DNA from: a virus
Reading direction: 5' to 3' (one strand)
Length of the DNA stretch: 64,000 bases
IMG/VR virus record: IMGVR_UViG_3300030060_007200
Position 1 is the first letter of the stretch. Each line of letters opens with the position of its first letter. The notes below the pieces were generated by a model. The model saw nothing but the letters and a program-made list of their open reading frames with translations, was not told the DNA's origin and did no database searches. Below, in pieces: positions 57,729 through 64,000 of this stretch. Made by a program: the position numbers and the translations under genes.

Positions 57729-60700
57729 TATTTACTCTCCAATTCTTCTATTCTTTTTGTTAGATTTTCTATTACCTCTTGTTGGTCTTGTATAGATTTA
57801 ACAAGTAAAGGTATAAATGCGTTATAGTCCATTACCATCGGTGCTTTTTCTGGTTCAGGGTGTGTTTCTTCGTCACCAACAACAGCATCAGGGAAATGAG
57901 GTTTTACATCTTGAGCAATAAAACCTGAAACTCTAGCACCACCTTCTTCTACAGGGTGGTTCTTCCATTCAAAATCATTAACAGGTATTTTCTTTAATAT
58001 ATCTATACCTAATACAGTTTCACCTATATTTTCTTTTAATCTTTTATCTGATACAGTTTCAAATATAACTTGATTTTTATATGCTAAATGACTTTTTCTT
58101 ATACCACCTGCATAATAACTTGTATATGCAAGGTCGGCAGGCTCTATCTCGTTATGGAAACATGAAAGATAGAAAGCATTTGCCAGACCACAATCTGTAG
58201 GAAGAGAAACATTATTCTTTCCAGGATTTGCACCACTACCTTGAGCCTCTGCACATGTTCTTGCTGGAGCGTTTCCTAAATTAGGCATACCTGAATGTTT
58301 AATAACACCTGGAGATGTTTTAAGCTGTACGTTCCTAGGTATTGTTGATGTTGCAATTTTTATACCATGCCCTGCCCCTGCCTGTAAACAATCAAAGTTT
58401 CCGTCTCCACCGACTGCAAGCATAGGGTCAGCCATCTTATTGAATATAGCTGCATACATATATCCTTGAGTATAAGGACCCGCATCTGTGCCTCCATGTG
58501 CTGCTTCATCCGGACAGTCCATAGAACTAAATCCGTTAACCATAAAGTGACATGTGTCATCGTTTCTTCCGTCATAATGTTTGTATGGAGATGCTATACC
58601 TGTAGGTGTTGCAGGGTTATATAATGGAGGACCTATTGTTGTTCCACAACCTATATAGTACCAAGAGTTGTGATGATTACCAACACCCATACCATAAAAG
58701 GGGTTTACACCTATAAAACCTGCGTCTTGCTTGTCCAAAGCTCCATGAGCTGAACAGTTACCACCGCCTCCTCCTGATGTAGTATCTCTAAAGTACGTTA
58801 TCTCACCTGTGACCTCATTATAATGCAATATATGGTTTGTATCTACATATTTTAACCCATAATACTTCCAATCATTATTTGCAAGTACATGCTGACCACC
58901 GTGGGTTGTGTTAACCTGGCTAGATGGTGGTGTTGCTGGCTGGCCGAATGTTAAACTGCCAGCATCAGGCTTAATCATTATACCATCATTACCATCAGCT
59001 ATATTTATCTGATTGTCTTTAGAGTGCTTGTTCTGAATAATCATTATATCATCAGCACTTCTATAAACCATTCCATAATCTGTAAATTTATTAGAGCCGT
59101 TATTGTTATGCCATACGTGGCCAAATGCATCTGAACTTGTTATCCAGTTTTGGCCCATCTTAAGGTCTTCAGTAGCTGTATGGTTTCCTAAATTGTCTGC
59201 ACCACCACCTCCTGCAGTATTAACAGACATTGTTATCGAGTCTGTACCTGCTTGTGAAGATAGTGTTACGTTTGTACCACCAACAAGTGTCAATGTATCT
59301 TGAGCCATATCAGCAACAACGTTAGCCGGTACCGCAGCTATTGCTGGTTGGCTTGAGTGTGTAGAAGCAATTATTGAAAAGTAATTAAATCCAGCACCAG
59401 GAGGTATTGTACCCCAAGACATACTAATTACTGTTGTACCTGCGCCATCAAATGATGTTGTTATACCACCAGCACCTTGAAACTTCATTGCTTGATTGCA
59501 CGTTGTAGCAGTTTGTGTTGTACCATCATCTACACCAATTGTTCCGTAAGCTGTTTTACAAAAACCAGATACAGACCATGTTACTGCATCTGTTGTAGCA
59601 TTTGATGATAGCGTTACATTGGCACCTCCGACAAGAGACAGAGTATCTGTTGTACTATCCGCTACAACGTTTGATTGCGCAGCTATACCTAATGCGGCGC
59701 TTGAATGAGTTACTGCAATTGTTTCAAATAAATTTTGGTCTGCAGCACCTGGTGAAGAGTTTGTAATTGTTATTGTGTCTGTACCTGCGTTTGTTGTTAT
59801 AGCCATACCAGTACCGGCAACCAATGTCAATGTATCGGTTGGTGAATCGGCTACTACATCAGTCTGTCCAGCTACTGCTATTGTCTTAAATAAGTCTTGG
59901 TCACCAATACCTGTTATACCACCTAAAGAACCCACATTAAATGTTATTCTATCGTTTACTGCATCAGTAGATATTGTTACATTTGTACCACCTAAGAATG
60001 TTACAGTGTCTGTTGTGTTGTCTGCAACAACTGATGACTGAGCACCTAGTGCTGCAGCACCTGCACCTATAGAGTTTGTTACTTGTATTGTTTCAAATAA
60101 ATTTTGGTCAGGGTCTCCACCTCCACCTAGAAGTGCGTGTGAAGATGTTACCTTTAACTGTCCTGTTACAGGGTCCCAATTTACAAGTTTAGATTGAGAA
60201 GCTTCTGGCAAACAAGGAAGATATACAGAACCAGATATAATCCATTCATCTGTACAGCTTACTCCAAAAAGACCTGGTCCGGACATTGTAATAGGTCCTG
60301 TTACAGTAATAGGTCCTGATGCAGAAAAACCTGAGCTAAATGTTACGGGTCCTGTAAATGAAGATGTACCTCCAAATACTTGAGGTCCTGTTGTGTTTAT
60401 AGAACCTGAAAATATAAAAGGACCTGTACTAAATGTTGTTGGTCCGTTAATTATATTAGGACCACTTGCACTAAATCCACCACTAAACGTTGCCGGACCT
60501 GTTACGTTAACAGTGTTTGTAACAACGTTTGTAAATGTTGCTGTTAATTCGTTTTTCCAAGGTACATGAGGTACAACTGCAGTATAATTTGATATGTCAC
60601 CATAGTCATTGTAGAATTCAAACTTAAAGTCTAATGAGTCATAAGCTGCTACATTACATTTTATTGTAGGAAATATTACATCCCAAGTTCCTGGTGTAAA

Positions 60701-62644
60701 TCCTTGTCTATCCCAAGGTTTTATAGATATATCCCACAAATACCAAACACCTGAGTCAATCTTAAATCTTGGAGCTCCACCTTCAGTGCCGTCTGCCTGA
60801 AATACAAATTTCTTACCTATTTCTTTTTGATTTCTTAAATAATCAAAGTCTACTTGTTTTTTCTTTACAGCAGTATCTTCTATAAGTCCTATAAACTTAC
60901 CATAATCATCACCTCCATCTGTAAATGCCGAGCCTGTCATGTATATGGATATTTTAGGTTCTTCTATTGCATTGTCATATATTGTTGTCCATGAAGGTAT
61001 TTGAGTTTTTTGAGATACAGCCTTGAAAGAAAGTTCATACCATTGGTCTCTATAAAACGAAGCTGTTACACCTGGTTGAGGTTCGAACAGCCAATATGAT
61101 GTACCATCTAACTGTAGTGCCTGGTCATTGTCACCTATTACAACACAGTCCTGTACAGGTGGATTTTCATTTGCAGTTTGCTGTTGATATAAACCTATTG
61201 AAGGTAATGGTGTTCCTACACCTGAAGCTGTCCAATATGTTGATAGCGATGCTGTACCATTTGCTCCTACACCGTATTTTGTAAAATTACCTACAGGTGC
61301 TCTATATTTTTGAAAGTCGTCTCTATACAATAATTCATTTGCCTCTACAGCATTATCAGATGCAAGTACCCAATCAAAAGGTGCCTGCTCGTTTTTCATA
61401 TAACATTTAATTCTTGTTACATCACCTGTAAGAGGTTCTAGGTTATTAAATGTTACCCAGGCATATGATGTATTTAGAGGCTCTCCATTTGAACCTGTCG
61501 GACTTGCGCTATAGCTAATAGGCGTTTGTGCCCACATCAATTCAAAGTCAGATGGTCCAAATTCAAAGTGTTCAAAGTTTTGGTATTGTGCCGATGTTGC
61601 ACCTTGTATTGTTGTATGTGGTGAAGATGTTCTTAATTCAAATGGTGATATTACCTCTTCTACAACTGTTACGTATGCACCTGTTACAAATGAGTTTGTT
61701 ACAACTGTTGACGTTGCATGTAAATATGATATATCTTCAAATAACCCGTCACCTTCTTCTTCAGGTGCAAACACAGGGTTTGTTGTAGGTTGATGTTCAG
61801 ATGTATATCCTCTATATGAAGCAGGTCTAGGATTTTGTGGAAAACGAACGATTACAATACCGCCTTCCATATCTTCTGTAAAACCTCCAAAGTCTATAAA
61901 GTTAGAACCTTGAGGCTGTGCTGTTAAAAAGTATTTATCTCCAGATTTCCTATACGATACTTTTGTATTTGTATTTGCAGAACCTATTTCTTTTGCAAAT
62001 CCATCAGATGAAAGTATATAACTTGATGTTGGATTTCCTGTCCAAGAATTTGCAGGTGTCGAGCCTGATAATTCCTGGTTGTGTTCCAATAAGAAAAACG
62101 GCTTCATTATTTCCTGTATTTTAATTACAGGTCTAGAAGAATTGCTGTATAATACAGGAGATTTATTTGATGCTCCAGGTTTACATGTAAATATTCTTGT
62201 CCATCTAAAATTAGGTACGCCTTGCCAAACAGCAGGTATTGGAGCTCCATTAGGTGCTTCTGATGCAACACCGATTATTGTTACAATACATTCTCCAGCT
62301 GGTGTATTAGGTGCTACGTCTATCGATATAGCCTTTGTGTCTAAATCATCACCTATACTATATACCTGTGATTTCATTAGCTGACCGTTTGCGTCAACTA
62401 CCTCAACCAACACCTCAGTATTGGGTACCATAGTGGCACTTGTACCTCTTATACCTATTAGGTTTCTACCGCCTGTAAATGTAAACGACGGGTCGTATTC
62501 TAGTCTAAAGTAATTACTAGACCTGTCATCGAAGTCCTCGAAATACACATTACGGTTATATAAATCCTGAAAGAAGTATTGACCTACTGTTGTTTCGACC
62601 TGGAGTCTTTCGACTCTATTTGTTGCATTTGGATTCTGTGCCAT
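57728..62644 (-). CDS. Long tail fibre with C-terminal intramolecular chaperone (peptidase S74-like)
   Basis: SDKRLKENI, GFIAQDV, DYNAFIPLLVKSIQD coiled coil; internal DQNLFETIxV...VADxxTDTLTLVGG repeats and 6-aa TGPxTF beta repeats. Confidence 0.88.
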   Translation of the reverse strand: MAQNPNATNRVERLQVETTVGQYFFQDLYNRNVYFEDFDDRSSNYFRLEYDPSFTFTGGRNLIGIRGTSATMVPNTEVLVEVVDANGQLMKSQVYSIGDDLDTKAISIDVAPNTPAGECIVTIIGVASEAPNGAPIPAVWQGVPNFRWTRIFTCKPGASNKSPVLYSNSSRPVIKIQEIMKPFFLLEHNQELSGSTPANSWTGNPTSSYILSSDGFAKEIGSANTNTKVSYRKSGDKYFLTAQPQGSNFIDFGGFTEDMEGGIVIVRFPQNPRPASYRGYTSEHQPTTNPVFAPEEEGDGLFEDISYLHATSTVVTNSFVTGAYVTVVEEVISPFELRTSSPHTTIQGATSAQYQNFEHFEFGPSDFELMWAQTPISYSASPTGSNGEPLNTSYAWVTFNNLEPLTGDVTRIKCYMKNEQAPFDWVLASDNAVEANELLYRDDFQKYRAPVGNFTKYGVGANGTASLSTYWTASGVGTPLPSIGLYQQQTANENPPVQDCVVIGDNDQALQLDGTSYWLFEPQPGVTASFYRDQWYELSFKAVSQKTQIPSWTTIYDNAIEEPKISIYMTGSAFTDGGDDYGKFIGLIEDTAVKKKQVDFDYLRNQKEIGKKFVFQADGTEGGAPRFKIDSGVWYLWDISIKPWDRQGFTPGTWDVIFPTIKCNVAAYDSLDFKFEFYNDYGDISNYTAVVPHVPWKNELTATFTNVVTNTVNVTGPATFSGGFSASGPNIINGPTTFSTGPFIFSGSINTTGPQVFGGTSSFTGPVTFSSGFSASGPITVTGPITMSGPGLFGVSCTDEWIISGSVYLPCLPEASQSKLVNWDPVTGQLKVTSSHALLGGGGDPDQNLFETIQVTNSIGAGAAALGAQSSVVADNTTDTVTFLGGTNVTISTDAVNDRITFNVGSLGGITGIGDQDLFKTIAVAGQTDVVADSPTDTLTLVAGTGMAITTNAGTDTITITNSSPGAADQNLFETIAVTHSSAALGIAAQSNVVADSTTDTLSLVGGANVTLSSNATTDAVTWSVSGFCKTAYGTIGVDDGTTQTATTCNQAMKFQGAGGITTSFDGAGTTVISMSWGTIPPGAGFNYFSIIASTHSSQPAIAAVPANVVADMAQDTLTLVGGTNVTLSSQAGTDSITMSVNTAGGGGADNLGNHTATEDLKMGQNWITSSDAFGHVWHNNNGSNKFTDYGMVYRSADDIMIIQNKHSKDNQINIADGNDGIMIKPDAGSLTFGQPATPPSSQVNTTHGGQHVLANNDWKYYGLKYVDTNHILHYNEVTGEITYFRDTTSGGGGGNCSAHGALDKQDAGFIGVNPFYGMGVGNHHNSWYYIGCGTTIGPPLYNPATPTGIASPYKHYDGRNDDTCHFMVNGFSSMDCPDEAAHGGTDAGPYTQGYMYAAIFNKMADPMLAVGGDGNFDCLQAGAGHGIKIATSTIPRNVQLKTSPGVIKHSGMPNLGNAPARTCAEAQGSGANPGKNNVSLPTDCGLANAFYLSCFHNEIEPADLAYTSYYAGGIRKSHLAYKNQVIFETVSDKRLKENIGETVLGIDILKKIPVNDFEWKNHPVEEGGARVSGFIAQDVKPHFPDAVVGDEETHPEPEKAPMVMDYNAFIPLLVKSIQDQQEVIENLTKRIEELESK

Positions 62645-62677
62645 TCATTATTCCCGATATTATATAAATATCAATAA

Positions 62678-64000
62678 TTACACAATAACACGGCTTAAAC
62701 CTTTAGACCTGCTTATTTCTATAAGGCCACCAACCATATCTTTCATTATATCTATATGAGAAATAATTACGACAAAATCAAATTCTGTTTTTAGATAATC
62801 AAACAACATTGAAATTGAATTTATGTTTTCAGAATCCAGATTACCAAAACCTTCATCAATTGCTAGAAAGTTTGGTCTAGGTAAATTAGATATTTTAATA
62901 AGTGCAACTCTAATTGCAAGAGATGAAATAAATTTTTCCATACCTGATGTCAATTCCAATGGCCATTTATTATCATTTCCATATTTTATATAAGTCAAAA
63001 TATTTTTACCGTCAACATCGAATTCTATTTCAAAACCTACAATCTGAGAAAGTGTATTGTTAATCTCCTCTTCAAGATAAGGAAGTGTTTCAGCTATTAT
63101 TTCATAAGGTATACCATCTCTTCTTATTGCATCAAGATAATATTCATATGACTTTAATTTAAGCTCTAATTCATGAGCGTCTGATATAGTTGTTTTTATA
63201 TGAGTTATATTCTGTTGAGTTATAGATACATTACTATACGCCTTTTGTATTTTAGATGATATCTCATCTAATTCTAACTTTATATTTGATTTTTCTATTT
63301 CTAGACTTTCAATTATTGTATTTATCTTTTCATTAGCCTTGATTGTTTCCTTGTTTTTATAGTATTTTTCTATATCTCTTTCCACACCTCTTAAATCAGT
63401 TTTAGAGGCGCGTAGGTCTGACTTTCTCTGTTCTGATTTAATGATAATTTCTGAGTTATATTGGCTTATTTGCACTTTTTCGCTATTAAGCTTATTATAC
63501 GCACCTATAAGTTTTTCTACCTCAATACTTTCAAGTAATATATTGTCAGAAACTGATTTGTCTTGTAAAAGCTTTTTAACTATAACCTTATCCTCTTCCA
63601 ATTCTATCTTTGCCTTATCAGCTGCTTTGACAAACTCGTTATTACAACAATATTTACAATTAGGGTCGTATTCGTGTGTGTCTAATTTTGATATAAGGTC
63701 TAACTTATTTCTTACACTAACTTTTTTTACCTCTATATCTTTAACAAGCCTTGAGTTGTTTTCTTTTTCTAAGTCTAATACAGATTTTTTTATTTTCAAT
63801 TCATCGATATTTATTTTAGACATCTTAGAATTTATATCAGACATTTTAACCTTGTTGTCCTTTTTATATTTTTTGTATTTATCTAATTTTTCATTATTAA
63901 ATACTATCTCTCTTTCACGTCTTATCTTTTTCTGCTCTAAGGTTTCAATATCGTTTTCAACAGTTATATTTTTTAATTCTTTTACCTTGTTATGTATTTG
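62678..64000 (-). CDS. Recombination ATPase gp46/SbcC/Rad50-like, 5' end beyond window
   Basis: Frame open from 64000; CKYC zinc hook, TSGME signature, IDEGFGNLD, ISH. Confidence 0.93.
   Translation of the reverse strand, partial: QIHNKVKELKNITVENDIETLEQKKIRREREIVFNNEKLDKYKKYKKDNKVKMSDINSKMSKINIDELKIKKSVLDLEKENNSRLVKDIEVKKVSVRNKLDLISKLDTHEYDPNCKYCCNNEFVKAADKAKIELEEDKVIVKKLLQDKSVSDNILLESIEVEKLIGAYNKLNSEKVQISQYNSEIIIKSEQRKSDLRASKTDLRGVERDIEKYYKNKETIKANEKINTIIESLEIEKSNIKLELDEISSKIQKAYSNVSITQQNITHIKTTISDAHELELKLKSYEYYLDAIRRDGIPYEIIAETLPYLEEEINNTLSQIVGFEIEFDVDGKNILTYIKYGNDNKWPLELTSGMEKFISSLAIRVALIKISNLPRPNFLAIDEGFGNLDSENINSISMLFDYLKTEFDFVVIISHIDIMKDMVGGLIEISRSKGLSRVIV

Noticed and set aside
51325-62644. 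Diversity-generating retroelement or invertible fibre cassette
   Set aside because: No reverse transcriptase, recombinase or adenine-specific TR/VR pair seen; repeats are in-frame coding repeats
1-64000. Stop-codon reassignment, introns or inteins
   Set aside because: Standard code gives full-length, densely packed genes ending in TAA, TAG and TGA; terminase, RNR, helicase and RecA are of normal length

Overview
64 kb AT-rich segment of a large T4-like (contractile-tailed) bacteriophage genome. Essentially all real genes are on the minus strand; the plus-strand ORFs in the track are antisense shadows. In transcription order (right to left): gp46/SbcC-like ATPase (partial), tail-fibre cluster, putative capsid-packaged enzymes, holin, terminase, portal, prohead protease, a stand-alone ribosomal protein bS21 unit, scaffold, major capsid, PhoH, neck, sheath, tube, tail chaperone (with an apparent +1/-2 programmed frameshift), tape measure and baseplate. 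Then a replication/repair block (mini PolA, UvsE, SSB, RecA, Hsp20, 5'-3' exonuclease, helicase, class II RNR), a nucleotide/sugar-modification cluster, and a DnaE-type polymerase (partial, missing from the ORF track). A Bacteroidota host is inferred (DUF4494-like gene, bS21, promoter shape) but not proven. The most unusual signals are non-coding: a ~215-nt expanded tRNA-like RNA directly after recA and an HDV/CPEB3-like self-cleaving ribozyme, which together bracket one small gene, plus a 20-bp inverted repeat enclosing hsp20. Also notable: a probable cytosine-hypermodification pathway and a pervasive [S/T]-[G/A/S]-S motif in outer virion proteins. All calls come from reading motifs by eye; no searches were run.
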